Counted from the stretch's first letter, positions 1-9,875 are shown. The stretch is 28,121 nucleotides of DNA from Candidatus Ratteibacteria bacterium (GCA_046296715.1 JBKBIN010000016.1:1-28121); one strand, 5' to 3'. The notes: generated by a model from the letters alone, not told the origin. Made by a program: numbers and translations.

Positions 1-146
1 ATCTTGAAGACAAAACATTTATCGAAACTTTGATAAGTAAAAATAGAAGAAACATAAAAAGTGATTATTTTGATTCTACGAAAACTTTAAAAATATGCCT
101 TTCCGCTAACCAATCTATGGAGAAAAACAAAATCATCCAAATCTAA
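1..146 (+). CDS. Partial (3' end) Gfo/Idh/MocA family oxidoreductase
   Basis: Not in the ORF track. The frame from position 3 reads LEDKTFIETLISKNRRNIKSDYFDSTKTLKICLSANQSMEKNKIIQI* (TAA 144-146). This matches the typical Gfo/Idh/MocA C-terminus (ED..FI..I...I.SDY.D..KTL.I.LAA..S). Confidence 0.7.
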   Translation, partial: LEDKTFIETLISKNRRNIKSDYFDSTKTLKICLSANQSMEKNKIIQI

Positions 147-148
147 CT

Positions 149-928
149 TTACTTTAAAATTATATCTTTTAATCCTGATATCATCTTATAGTATTCTTCT
201 ATTTCCTCATCTTTTAACGGTCTATTATATATGATTATCTCATCAATTATAATTTCTTCACCCCATGCAAAACCGAATGATAATGTCTTAATTAAATCGT
301 TTTCATTTAAAGGTCTTGATAATGTCCATTTGCCATATCTTTTTCCATTATGATATAAAGATATTTCAATTCCATTTGATATTACTAAGAAAGTATTATT
401 CCATTTTTTACTTTTTAAATTTAGTGCATTCATTATGTCATAATGATAAATTCCATTTATATTTTCAAGTCCTCCTTCAAAATAATAAACTTGAAGAATT
501 CCTGCTGGTTTTTTTAGTGCACACCAAGGATCTCCGCCACCACCCCTAACAAAACAAGAAATAAATCCTTTTCCATTAAAACACATTATTTCAAAAGAAC
601 CTCCTTCTTTATGGTCTTCTTTTAACGCCCACCAAACAGATATAGAGATTGGGTTATGGGGAGAGATTAAATCTGACTTTAATATAACACCATCTTTCCA
701 ATTCGCCTTAGATAAATATGCCTTACCTATGAATCCTTCAGAAGTAATATTATTTTTATTCAATTTTTCCTCAAGTTTCCATTTATTAACTTCTCCTTTA
801 CCATCTTCTTTCTCAAAACCATTATAGTAAACAACATTTGCTTTTAGAAAATCTGGAACAAGTAAATTTTCAGAAAAAAGACATATAACAAGTAAAAAAT
901 TAAAAAACATAAATTGTTTTAATTTCAC
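149..928 (-). CDS. Secreted LamG/concanavalin-A-like jelly-roll domain protein
   Basis: Likely GTG start at 928 after AAGGAGGGGAAG, rather than the track's 955. Signal-peptide-like N-terminus MKLKQFMFFNFLLVICLFS. LamG_3-type motifs SISVWW, KKWNNTFLVI, LYHNGK, IDEIIIYNRPLKDEEI. Confidence 0.75.
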   Translation of the reverse strand: MKLKQFMFFNFLLVICLFSENLLVPDFLKANVVYYNGFEKEDGKGEVNKWKLEEKLNKNNITSEGFIGKAYLSKANWKDGVILKSDLISPHNPISISVWWALKEDHKEGGSFEIMCFNGKGFISCFVRGGGGDPWCALKKPAGILQVYYFEGGLENINGIYHYDIMNALNLKSKKWNNTFLVISNGIEISLYHNGKRYGKWTLSRPLNENDLIKTLSFGFAWGEEIIIDEIIIYNRPLKDEEIEEYYKMISGLKDIILK

Positions 929-941
929 CTTCCCCTCCTTT

Positions 942-3900
942 TTATTCAGGAACAATTTTAAAAACTTTTAAATCATGTTTCTTAATTGATATTTCAAAAG
1001 TATTATTTTCAACTTTGACAATTTCTCCATTATCAACATCAATAACTTTGTAATTTTTAAAACCAAGAATTTCAGGAATTATATAAACTTTTTCTACAAC
1101 ATCTTTATCATAGTAAGATACAACAGCATATAATGCTTCCTTTTTTGGAATTGAATAAACTAAACCTGGTAAATCAGGATTTTTTGTAAAAACTGGTTGT
1201 TTTTTTTCATCCCAATATCTATAAGCAACCATATTTTCATTTTTTGCCATTTCAAGAAAAGGAACTCTATACTTATCCCAGATTTCTTTAAGTTGCTTTT
1301 GCCATATAGAAACAGGACCAAGTAAGTCATGAACAAGTGTTACTCCTATGAAAGTTTTCTGTGTCCAAGGATCAGAAGCAAGGGCACCATGGTCTCCAAG
1401 TAATACTGGCCATGTTCCAGCGAGTTCACCTGTTGAGACAAGTTGTATATATTCTCTTGAAAATCTTGTTTGCACATCGCCTTGACTATATTTCCATTCC
1501 CAATCATATTGAACAGTCGCAAATGAATATAAAGGTAAAATTTGTGTGCTTGTCATATGAACCATTGTAATTGGTTCCATTCCAAGTTCATTCATCATTA
1601 CAAAAGTTCTTTTCACAAGTTCTCTCAATCCCCATAAACCTATTGAAGGCATAACTGTTCCATCTTGTTTTTTATATGCAGAAGTCATCATTGTATTGTA
1701 AGAGGGGATAAAAAAGTAATTATCCCAGTAAACTCCTTTATTTCCTGCTATTTCAAAAGATTTTTTATACCAGTATAAAGCATGGTCTATATAAGATTCA
1801 GTAGGAACAATTTTTATCTCCCATATACCTTTTGAACCTCTGTATGGATTATAATCATTTAAACACCATTCATCCATAAATGTTTGGAATTCTTCTTCTG
1901 CTGCATATGATGCTCTATTATAATAAAATACCATTTTTGTTCCATATCTTGCTCTCAAATTATATCTCACATGTCCTATAAAACTTTCAACTCGATCTTT
2001 TCCATATGGTTCAAAATATTTTTTCCCTTGTTCAATAACTTTATTTATTTCTTCATCTGAAAGTTGTCTTTTATTACCCTCTTTTAGCATTTCCCATAAA
2101 TACATATCTTTTCCAGCAGGATAAACACTTCCACAATCACCAAGAGCAAACCAGTTTATATCTGTTCCAAGTAAAGAAAATTTTTCAGTAAACCATCTGT
2201 GTCTCCATCCCGAAAGATATGGTTTAACAGGTGCTGCAAGAATACCAAAAGTAATTGTTTGTGGGTTTTCTATTTTTATTGGTTTATTGATAAAATTTAC
2301 TTGAAGTTTAACAGTTCCTTTTGTCCTTAAAATCTGCATATTTGGTTTTTGAGGATCCCAATTCCATCCCTTATCATTTTCAGCAAACCATGATATTCCT
2401 CTTTTTGGAGTCCCAATGAAAATGTATGTACAGAAATTCTTCGGGAATGAAGAAGGAACAATTTTAGTTGAATCCCAAACAATTCCTTCTCCTTGTGGAA
2501 TATAGCCAGTAAAGATAGGAGATCTTATCCCATCAGCCATAGCATGCATCATTTTCCCTATCTCTTCGTTTATTGGTATTTCAAGAATTAATGATTCAAT
2601 TTGTTGACTTGAAGGAAGAATGGTTAAATCAATTCTTAAAGTTCCATCGTAATCAAGCGTTCCTTTTGATAAAAAAGATTGTTTTCCTATATTGAATTTG
2701 CTCTCAAAAATTATCCTATCTTCAGAAATTTCTTTATATTTTATTTCTCCTTTTTCAGATTTATATTCCTGTCCATCAATTTTACATATATACTTCATTT
2801 CTTCGGAAAGTATCTGTTTTTTATTATTCCTTTCCTGATTTTCTGTAATTATTGATTTCAAAAGACCAAAACTATTTACTTCATATTCTTTCAATACTGT
2901 ATATAATTTATTTCCTATCTTCTTTATCTGAGTAAAAGGTGGATATACTTTTCTTGATTTGCCAAGATTATTCTTCTCCCATTCAAAAACTTTTCTTTCA
3001 AATTTCTTTATTATTTCACCTGTAGGAACTTCTTTTCCAACAACATAAGCAACAATTTCATAATTACCTGAAAGAGGTGGTATTTCTAAAATCTTTTCAC
3101 ATTTTCCCTTTTCAAATTCTGATGAAATAAAACTGAATTCTTTTATAATTTCTTTACTATCTTCCTTTCTTATTTTAAAATCCATTTTTTCAAATTTGGC
3201 ATTTTCTGGAATTCTTGATATATCTGCAAGTATCTTCATTTTGTTTAAATATGGATAATAAGCAAATGTAAAATCAATAGGTGGTAATTCTATTTTTTTG
3301 GTTTGCCATTTTTCTTTTTCTTCTTTCCAATTATCCCACTTATATTTTCTTGAAAAATATATATCCTTTCCATCTTTTGAAGAAACTTTTGTTTCAAGTT
3401 CAAATTTATTTGTTACATAATCTTTAACGCTTATTTTCAATTCGTTTTTTTCACCAGGATTTAAAACAAATTCTCTTTTTTCTAATATTTCAGGCATAAC
3501 ATCTCTTTTAAGTAAAATGTTTGCATTAAACTCAATTTTCTTATTTGTTGGATTATAAAACTCAACAATATATTCAATATCTCCAAATAAAGGGTCCTTT
3601 AAATGTTTTTGTTTTGTTATCAATCCATCATCTTTAGAAAATTTAAAGAAAATCTTATTACCAGCAGTAAAAGCATAACTTTCATTCCCTAAAGATGCCC
3701 ATGACCATGGTTGTTTGAAATCTCTGCAGATATTTATTTGCCACAATCCATCAGTTATTTCTTTATCTTTTATAAGATTTTTAATCGGAATTTCAATTTC
3801 GCAATGCCACCAATTGTTATAAAAACCATTAACAATTTTATAATTTCCTTTCCATCCATAAAATTGTTCTTGTTTCACATTCCCTCTTGGATGTGTTAAG

Positions 3901-4292
3901 TAGTAAGCATAACCTAAAGAGTTACATAACATCTGGAATGTAACACCATCTTCTTTTTCACCATATGGATCTATCCATATCTCAATAGCATCATCAAAAA
4001 CAATTTTTTCTGTTTCCTGTTTAATATTTTTTACAATTTCTCCTTCTTCTGGAAGTTCTGACATTATTCCAACATAAATATTTTCATTATTTGCTCCTAT
4101 ATATCCAATAACTCTTCTTGGTTCAAGTTTTCCACCATGTGAAAATCCATCAAATCTTATACTTTCTTCCCATTCTTTTACATCTATAAATCCATCAATT
4201 TTAGGCGTTTTTTTCATCAAAGGAATATGATAAAAATCCTGAGAATATAAATAGAAGCAAAACGCAACCAATAAATAAAAAGTTTTTTTCAT
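942..4292 (-). CDS. Large secreted putative glycoside hydrolase: N-terminal CBM9/DOMON-like sugar-binding domain plus DUF6067-like catalytic region
   Basis: ATG at 4292 after AAGGAGGAGAAG; signal peptide MKKTFYLLVAFCFYLYS. CBM9-like motifs PKIDGFIDVKEW, DDAIEIWIDP, WHCEIEIP, WQINICRD. C-terminal motifs NNLG..KVYPPF, DYDG, RGISWFAENDKGW, FGILAAPVKP, GVYWDN, VHMTS. Confidence 0.7.
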   Translation of the reverse strand: MKKTFYLLVAFCFYLYSQDFYHIPLMKKTPKIDGFIDVKEWEESIRFDGFSHGGKLEPRRVIGYIGANNENIYVGIMSELPEEGEIVKNIKQETEKIVFDDAIEIWIDPYGEKEDGVTFQMLCNSLGYAYYLTHPRGNVKQEQFYGWKGNYKIVNGFYNNWWHCEIEIPIKNLIKDKEITDGLWQINICRDFKQPWSWASLGNESYAFTAGNKIFFKFSKDDGLITKQKHLKDPLFGDIEYIVEFYNPTNKKIEFNANILLKRDVMPEILEKREFVLNPGEKNELKISVKDYVTNKFELETKVSSKDGKDIYFSRKYKWDNWKEEKEKWQTKKIELPPIDFTFAYYPYLNKMKILADISRIPENAKFEKMDFKIRKEDSKEIIKEFSFISSEFEKGKCEKILEIPPLSGNYEIVAYVVGKEVPTGEIIKKFERKVFEWEKNNLGKSRKVYPPFTQIKKIGNKLYTVLKEYEVNSFGLLKSIITENQERNNKKQILSEEMKYICKIDGQEYKSEKGEIKYKEISEDRIIFESKFNIGKQSFLSKGTLDYDGTLRIDLTILPSSQQIESLILEIPINEEIGKMMHAMADGIRSPIFTGYIPQGEGIVWDSTKIVPSSFPKNFCTYIFIGTPKRGISWFAENDKGWNWDPQKPNMQILRTKGTVKLQVNFINKPIKIENPQTITFGILAAPVKPYLSGWRHRWFTEKFSLLGTDINWFALGDCGSVYPAGKDMYLWEMLKEGNKRQLSDEEINKVIEQGKKYFEPYGKDRVESFIGHVRYNLRARYGTKMVFYYNRASYAAEEEFQTFMDEWCLNDYNPYRGSKGIWEIKIVPTESYIDHALYWYKKSFEIAGNKGVYWDNYFFIPSYNTMMTSAYKKQDGTVMPSIGLWGLRELVKRTFVMMNELGMEPITMVHMTSTQILPLYSFATVQYDWEWKYSQGDVQTRFSREYIQLVSTGELAGTWPVLLGDHGALASDPWTQKTFIGVTLVHDLLGPVSIWQKQLKEIWDKYRVPFLEMAKNENMVAYRYWDEKKQPVFTKNPDLPGLVYSIPKKEALYAVVSYYDKDVVEKVYIIPEILGFKNYKVIDVDNGEIVKVENNTFEISIKKHDLKVFKIVPE

Positions 4293-4308
4293 CTTCTCCT
4301 CCTTTCTT

Positions 4309-4330
4309 AATAAATCTGTCAAGATTTATT
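4309..4330. repeat. Perfect 9-bp inverted repeat (AATAAATCT-gtca-AGATTTATT); possible operator or mRNA hairpin
   Basis: Seen directly, just upstream of the RBS of the 942..4292 gene. Confidence 0.4.
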
Positions 4331-4365
4331 TTTCTTCTTTTATTTTTTAAGTTTTTAAAGAGCTT

Positions 4366-7300
4366 TTAGTTGATTTTTATTATTTTTGAACCATAAGGAC
4401 CAAACAATTTTACATTCTTTATTAATTTTTCATTTGTCTCTATATCTATAATTTCTCCTTTTAATTTAAAGCCAATATTTTTTTCATTTACTTTTATTTC
4501 AATTTCTTCATCCTTTTCAGACCAACTTGCAAATACAATAACAACTTCCTGTTTTTCTTTATCTATCATTCCTATCCACTTTACTTTTTCATTGTTTACT
4601 TCTAATATTGGTTCTTCTTCCCAGTAATTTCTTACTTCTATATTTTCTTTTCCATATCCGAACTCCCTTACAATATTTTCCCATTTATTATTATCCCTTC
4701 GTATTTCATGAACCATTCTCATCACCCATTCTATTTTTTCTTGAGTTTCTTTTGGCAAATTTTTAATTATTTCATTTTTATTTCCACTTATAGGATATAG
4801 AGTTAAAGGATAATTTCCAACTTGAAGACCAATTGTTTCAGTTCTTAACCAGTCAGGCGAGAATGGTTTTGTACTTTCTAATTCATGATCTAAATTTGCA
4901 GTTCCAAATGTATGAATAGGTAAAATAAGTGTATTTGTCATATGAAGAGTCCATTCAAGAGGTTCTTTCCTTTTTTCTCTCCAATAACATAGTTGATTCC
5001 ACACTCTTTTTTGATACTCCCTCTGATTCCAAATTATTAAACAGGGCTGTATTTTATCATCTACTTTATAAGCATTAGTTGTTCTGTAATTGTAGGAAAC
5101 TTTTGGATATGTATTGTCCCAGTACAAACTAACGCCTCTTTTTAACCATTCATTTGCAAAGTAAACTCCAAAATCTTGATAACTTTTACAAAAATTAACT
5201 CCTGCTGATGGATTTGAATGCCCTTTCCATAAAATGGTTTCATCTGGCCATTCCCTTTTGTATAAATATGCATCAAGTGTCCATTCATCTTGATATGTTT
5301 TCCATTCATCTCTTATTGTACTTGCAGCCATTTCTTCTTGATAAACTGCTATTGGTTTTTCAATGCCAACATCTGCTGCCCTTCTTGCAAAATGTAAAAC
5401 ATTACTTATCCAATTCCATATCCCATAGGTTGGTGGTGGATTATATTTTTTGTTATACTCTTCAAACCATTTTTTTGTTTCTTCATCAACTTTCCCTTTT
5501 TCTCTACATTCAAGTATTTTGTCAACTATCTGCCAATCATTTTTATAAGGCCCCTGATATGAACAATGTAATCCTCCCCATGGTGTTACTGAAAGTCCTC
5601 CAGGGATATAAGGTAATTCCTTTCTCCAGTTATCTGGCATTGGTTTTGTTGGACTTGCTTGAAGACCAAAAATAAGTTTTGTTGGATTTTCAAGTATAAC
5701 TGGCATATTAATTAAATATACTCTTAAAATTACTTTCCCATCTTTTCTTTCTATTTCCTGAATTGGTTTTGTTTCATTTGGTTTCTGATAATTTTTCTCT
5801 GTTATATATCCTTTATCATTTTCTCCAAACCATGCAATTCCTCTTTCTTCTTTTCCAAGCCAGATATATGGAACAAAATTATTTAGCCACGATTTCCCTT
5901 TTTTTGCTTTTGAACCATCCCATATTATTCCTTCTCCTTCTGGTAAATATCCTGAATAGTTTATCCTTGGACCATCTGTAACTGCATGGAATAATAAAAT
6001 TTCTTTTTCTTTTAATGGGATCTCTATGTATAAATTTTCAATCTTTTCTTTTATTTCATTTGGTTCAATTTCCATTTCTATTTTTGCACATCCATCAAAT
6101 TCTATAGTTGTTTTTGTCGTTAAATTTAAAAACTCAGATTCTGCTAATCCCTGATAAATACAGTATGTATCTTTTTTATCAATAAATCTACCTTTTACAC
6201 TTTTCCATTTTATTTCTCCTTTTTCTGTTTTTCCTTTTATAATTATTGGTTCTGCTAATATATCCCTTCCTTTTGTTATTACTTTATCAAATAAACCAAA
6301 ACCATTCATATAGTATTCCCTTAAAACTACTTTCACTTTATTATTTTCAATCCTTACTGGTTCAAAAGGTGGATAAACTTTATCTGTTATTCCAAGATTA
6401 TTGTTTTCCCAGATAAATTTTTTCCTTAAAAAACTTTTTCTATCAACTTCTTTAAAATCTTTTCCTCCTTTTTCTTTCACATATAAAACAACTTCATAAT
6501 TACTTTCTGGAATTTCATTTAGATTTATACATTTCTCTTCTTTGCTTAACTTCTCCTTTATGTTTAAAAAATTATCTCCCTTTTCATTTTTTATAACTAT
6601 ATTTATATCCTCAATCTCTTCTTTTATAGATACTACTTCATAATAAAATTTTTTAAGTCCTGGCATAATTTGGAAATTAAGTTTTGCTATCTTTGGTTTT
6701 ATATCCTTTATTAATTTTGAATGGTCTTTATATCTCCAGTAAGCATTATTAACTTCTTCTTCTGTTAATGCATAATCATATAGATAAATCTCATCTATTA
6801 TCCCATTACCAAAACCAATTTCATTTGTAAATCCATTGTTAAATCTACTTTTTATAGGGAAGGCATTACTTTCTGCTACTTTTTTTCCATCAATATATAT
6901 ATTTATTTCTTTCTCTTTCCATGTAATTATGAATTGATACCATTTTCCCTCATATACATCTATATCTCTTGAACAGTTAACAAAATGAAGAGAATTATCG
7001 TCTTTTCTGAAGTACAATGAAAGTGGTTGATAAGGAGTCCCTCCATTGAAAATATAAAAAGTAAATCCCCATCCTGTCCAAACAAATCTAACATTATAAT
7101 CTGACCAGTTATTAATTCCATATGGATACACCCAGAATTCAACTGTTCCTTGGTCAAAATTTAATATCTTTTCTCCTTTTATTGAAACCTGTCCTAAGTA
7201 CCCTTTCCCTCTTATTCCATTTAAGTATCCTTCTCCTTTAACAGAAATTTTTAAATTTTCTTTTTCAGATATATCTGGTTTTTCAGTTCCATCAAGTGAT

Positions 7301-7638
7301 AAATGTAGGAATGGTTTCCCAATAAAATATGGTTTTTCTTTATAAATTTCTCTTTTCTTTTCAATATCTGTCCAAATTAAATCTTCTTTTTCCCAAAATT
7401 TAAATACATTTTTATGAATTCTAACCTGATCTATTAATCCAGAAAGACCTTTATCTAATTTGTCGTTATTACCTATATAAATTGGACCTGGTTCTTTTTC
7501 TTCATCTTCTGAAACAACAAGTCCCTGTCCCCATTCAAGTGTATTTTTTGTTACCTCTTTCCCATTTAAATAAAGTTTTCTTGATGAAACAGGAAATCCA
7601 GCACTTATTTTTTTGTTTTTAATTATTAAAACAGTATT
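4366..7638 (-). CDS. Large LamG-LamG-DUF6067-like putative glycoside hydrolase; 5' end truncated or lacking a canonical start (possible pseudogene)
   Basis: The frame is open from 7638 (TAA at 7641-7639) to 4366. The track start at 7131 is an internal Val in the LamG motif GTVEFWV. The upstream 169 codons encode RKLYLNGKEV...IYIGN...GLIDQVRI (end of a first LamG domain) and contain no in-frame ATG/GTG/TTG. The C-terminal part is paralogous to 942..4292. Confidence 0.7.
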   Translation of the reverse strand, partial: NTVLIIKNKKISAGFPVSSRKLYLNGKEVTKNTLEWGQGLVVSEDEEKEPGPIYIGNNDKLDKGLSGLIDQVRIHKNVFKFWEKEDLIWTDIEKKREIYKEKPYFIGKPFLHLSLDGTEKPDISEKENLKISVKGEGYLNGIRGKGYLGQVSIKGEKILNFDQGTVEFWVYPYGINNWSDYNVRFVWTGWGFTFYIFNGGTPYQPLSLYFRKDDNSLHFVNCSRDIDVYEGKWYQFIITWKEKEINIYIDGKKVAESNAFPIKSRFNNGFTNEIGFGNGIIDEIYLYDYALTEEEVNNAYWRYKDHSKLIKDIKPKIAKLNFQIMPGLKKFYYEVVSIKEEIEDINIVIKNEKGDNFLNIKEKLSKEEKCINLNEIPESNYEVVLYVKEKGGKDFKEVDRKSFLRKKFIWENNNLGITDKVYPPFEPVRIENNKVKVVLREYYMNGFGLFDKVITKGRDILAEPIIIKGKTEKGEIKWKSVKGRFIDKKDTYCIYQGLAESEFLNLTTKTTIEFDGCAKIEMEIEPNEIKEKIENLYIEIPLKEKEILLFHAVTDGPRINYSGYLPEGEGIIWDGSKAKKGKSWLNNFVPYIWLGKEERGIAWFGENDKGYITEKNYQKPNETKPIQEIERKDGKVILRVYLINMPVILENPTKLIFGLQASPTKPMPDNWRKELPYIPGGLSVTPWGGLHCSYQGPYKNDWQIVDKILECREKGKVDEETKKWFEEYNKKYNPPPTYGIWNWISNVLHFARRAADVGIEKPIAVYQEEMAASTIRDEWKTYQDEWTLDAYLYKREWPDETILWKGHSNPSAGVNFCKSYQDFGVYFANEWLKRGVSLYWDNTYPKVSYNYRTTNAYKVDDKIQPCLIIWNQREYQKRVWNQLCYWREKRKEPLEWTLHMTNTLILPIHTFGTANLDHELESTKPFSPDWLRTETIGLQVGNYPLTLYPISGNKNEIIKNLPKETQEKIEWVMRMVHEIRRDNNKWENIVREFGYGKENIEVRNYWEEEPILEVNNEKVKWIGMIDKEKQEVVIVFASWSEKDEEIEIKVNEKNIGFKLKGEIIDIETNEKLIKNVKLFGPYGSKIIKIN

Positions 7639-7719
7639 TTATTTTTTGTTTCACAAATTTTTACTTTTAAAGTAAACTCTATAAATTATAATTTTTATAA
7701 TTTTAAATAGGAGGGAAAA

Positions 7720-8889
7720 ATGGATTCAAGAGAAAGAGTTAGTATGTTGTTAATTAAAAAAGAATTGCCTGATAGAATGGGAATCTATGAACATTTCTGG
7801 CCCGAAACATTATCAAACTGGGTAAAGGAAGGATATCCAACAAAAAAAGTTTATAAAAAGCAAGGAGAAACAAGATGGGATGAGAATACAGGAAGATATA
7901 TAAATGTTGAGAAAGAAGGAGAATATATTGAGCCAGTAAATCCTTTAGATTATTTTGATTATGATATTGTTGGATGTGGAGGTTGGTTTGATACTTCTTT
8001 ATTCCCTGGTAGGAGAGAAATTATTGAAGAGACAGATCAATGGCAGATAATTAAAGATTCAAGGGGTGCAATTTTAAAATGGTGGAAAAATAAAAGTGGA
8101 ACACCTGAACATATTGATTTTGAAATTAAAACACCAGAAATATGGAAAAAATATAGAGAGATTCTTTTTGAGACAAAAATTGAAAGATTGGGAGATATTA
8201 ATCAGATTAAAAAAAATTTAGAAAATGCAAAAGAAAAAAAGAAATTTTCTGTTTATGGTAATGTGTTTGTATTTGAACTTTTAAGGGCAACTATTGGAGA
8301 TCAGAATTTTTTGCCTGCATTACTTGTTGAACCAGAATGGATAAAAGATTTTTGTAATCTTTATACAGATTTTTATATAAGACATTATGAGATTTTATTC
8401 AGAGAAGCAGGGATTCCTGACGGATTTTTCTTATATGAAGATTTTGGTTATTCAAAAGGACTTTTTTGTTCTCCACAAACACTTAAAGAGGTTATACTAC
8501 CTTATGAAAGAAAACTTATAAGTTTTTTTAAAGATTATGGATTGCCTGTAATTTTACATACTGATGGAGATATAAGAAAAGCAATTCCTTTATTTATTGA
8601 GATAGGAATTGACTGTATTCAACCTATGGAGGCAAAGGCTGGTTTAGATGTTGTAGAACTTGCAAAAGAATATGGTAGGAAAATTTCATATATGGGGAAT
8701 ATAAATGCTGTTGTCCTTGGAAAAAATGATTTGAATAAAGTAGAGCAGGAGGTCCTAACAAAAATTAAAAATTTAAAAGAGTTGAAAATTCCGTATTTTT
8801 TTCATTCAGACCATTCAGTTCCACCTACTGTAAATTTTAAAACCTATTCTTACGCAGTTAAAATATTTAAAGAAAATTCTAATTATTGA
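7720..8889 (+). CDS. Uroporphyrinogen decarboxylase (URO-D)/MtaA-CmuA superfamily protein, not HemE
   Basis: RBS AGGAGGG. Motifs MDSRERV...PDR, YEDFGYSKGLFCSP, LHTDG, GIDCIQPMEAKAG, GNIN, HSDHSVPP are typical of URO-D-like proteins. The HemE RQAGR motif is absent. Confidence 0.85.
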   Translation: MDSRERVSMLLIKKELPDRMGIYEHFWPETLSNWVKEGYPTKKVYKKQGETRWDENTGRYINVEKEGEYIEPVNPLDYFDYDIVGCGGWFDTSLFPGRREIIEETDQWQIIKDSRGAILKWWKNKSGTPEHIDFEIKTPEIWKKYREILFETKIERLGDINQIKKNLENAKEKKKFSVYGNVFVFELLRATIGDQNFLPALLVEPEWIKDFCNLYTDFYIRHYEILFREAGIPDGFFLYEDFGYSKGLFCSPQTLKEVILPYERKLISFFKDYGLPVILHTDGDIRKAIPLFIEIGIDCIQPMEAKAGLDVVELAKEYGRKISYMGNINAVVLGKNDLNKVEQEVLTKIKNLKELKIPYFFHSDHSVPPTVNFKTYSYAVKIFKENSNY

Positions 8890-8891
8890 AT

Positions 8892-9875
8892 TCATTTTTC
8901 CCAGTTAAAAATTACTCCAAGAATTTGTTCTGGATTATTTAAGATTGTGTTATAAATTTGTTTTGCTTTTTTATAGTTTTCCTTGTGAGTAATAAGAGGA
9001 GAGATAATTAATTTATTATTGATTATCCACTTAATTGATTGATTTAATGCTTCATAACTAAAATAGCATGGCATATAGACAGTTGCAAGTTTTGCATGAA
9101 AATTATGAAAATTTATTTTTGAATCACCAGGATACCATCCTTGCCAAATAAATTTCCCTCCCCATTTTAGAAGTTTTATCTCTTCATTTAGCATTCTATC
9201 ACTTCCAGTTGTATCAATTATAATATCAAATGAATTTTCAATCTTTTTAATTTCTTCAACAAAATCCTTATCTTTTACATTTACAGCAACTTCACAACTA
9301 TATCTATTAGCTATTTCAACTCTTTTTTCTATAATATCAGCACCAACAACATAACAACCCTTCAATCTCATTATCTGACATGCCATTTGCCCTATAAATC
9401 CAAGACCAACAACAAGACATTTTTCACCAAGAGATGGTTTTGCCATTTCAATTCCTCTACATGCAACAGCAGAAAGAGCAGATAAAGTTAAATTATCAAT
9501 TGTTTTATCATCAATATCTTTTCCAATCTTTATACAATAAGGGTCTAATTTTACAATCGCTCTTGATAGATGGGTTCCACTCCATGCTCTGTAAGGAATT
9601 TTTAATCTTGAACGAACAAAATAGATAATGTCTCCTGTCTCAATATTTGAAACATCTTTTCCTACTTTTATTACCCTTCCTATCCCTTGATATCCAGGAA
9701 CCATTGGGAAAACAACATCTGGTCTTAATCCTAAAAGAGCCCATCTTTCAGTTCCTACACTTATTCCACTTCTTATAACCTCAACAACAATTTCGTCATT
9801 TTCTATATCAGGCAATTCAACGCTTTTAACTTCCACTTTCTTAACATCTTCAAATACAATTGCTTCTGCCTTCAT
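8892..9875 (-). CDS. MDR-family dehydrogenase (BchC-like 'SxGTE' subgroup)
   Basis: Likely start ATG 9875 after AAGGAGG (MKAEAIVFED). GroES-like domain with SGISVGTE and PGYQGIG; Rossmann motif VVGLGFIG. Confidence 0.85.
   Translation of the reverse strand: MKAEAIVFEDVKKVEVKSVELPDIENDEIVVEVIRSGISVGTERWALLGLRPDVVFPMVPGYQGIGRVIKVGKDVSNIETGDIIYFVRSRLKIPYRAWSGTHLSRAIVKLDPYCIKIGKDIDDKTIDNLTLSALSAVACRGIEMAKPSLGEKCLVVGLGFIGQMACQIMRLKGCYVVGADIIEKRVEIANRYSCEVAVNVKDKDFVEEIKKIENSFDIIIDTTGSDRMLNEEIKLLKWGGKFIWQGWYPGDSKINFHNFHAKLATVYMPCYFSYEALNQSIKWIINNKLIISPLITHKENYKKAKQIYNTILNNPEQILGVIFNWEK

Noticed and set aside
7660..7703. A/T palindromes TTTACTTT-T-AAAGTAAA and AAATTATAA-TTT-TTATAATTT
   Set aside because: Almost pure A/T in an AT-rich promoter gap, so expected by chance; no second copy seen.
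7720..8889. Calling this gene hemE
   Set aside because: It lacks the HemE RQAGR signature and has no tetrapyrrole gene context.
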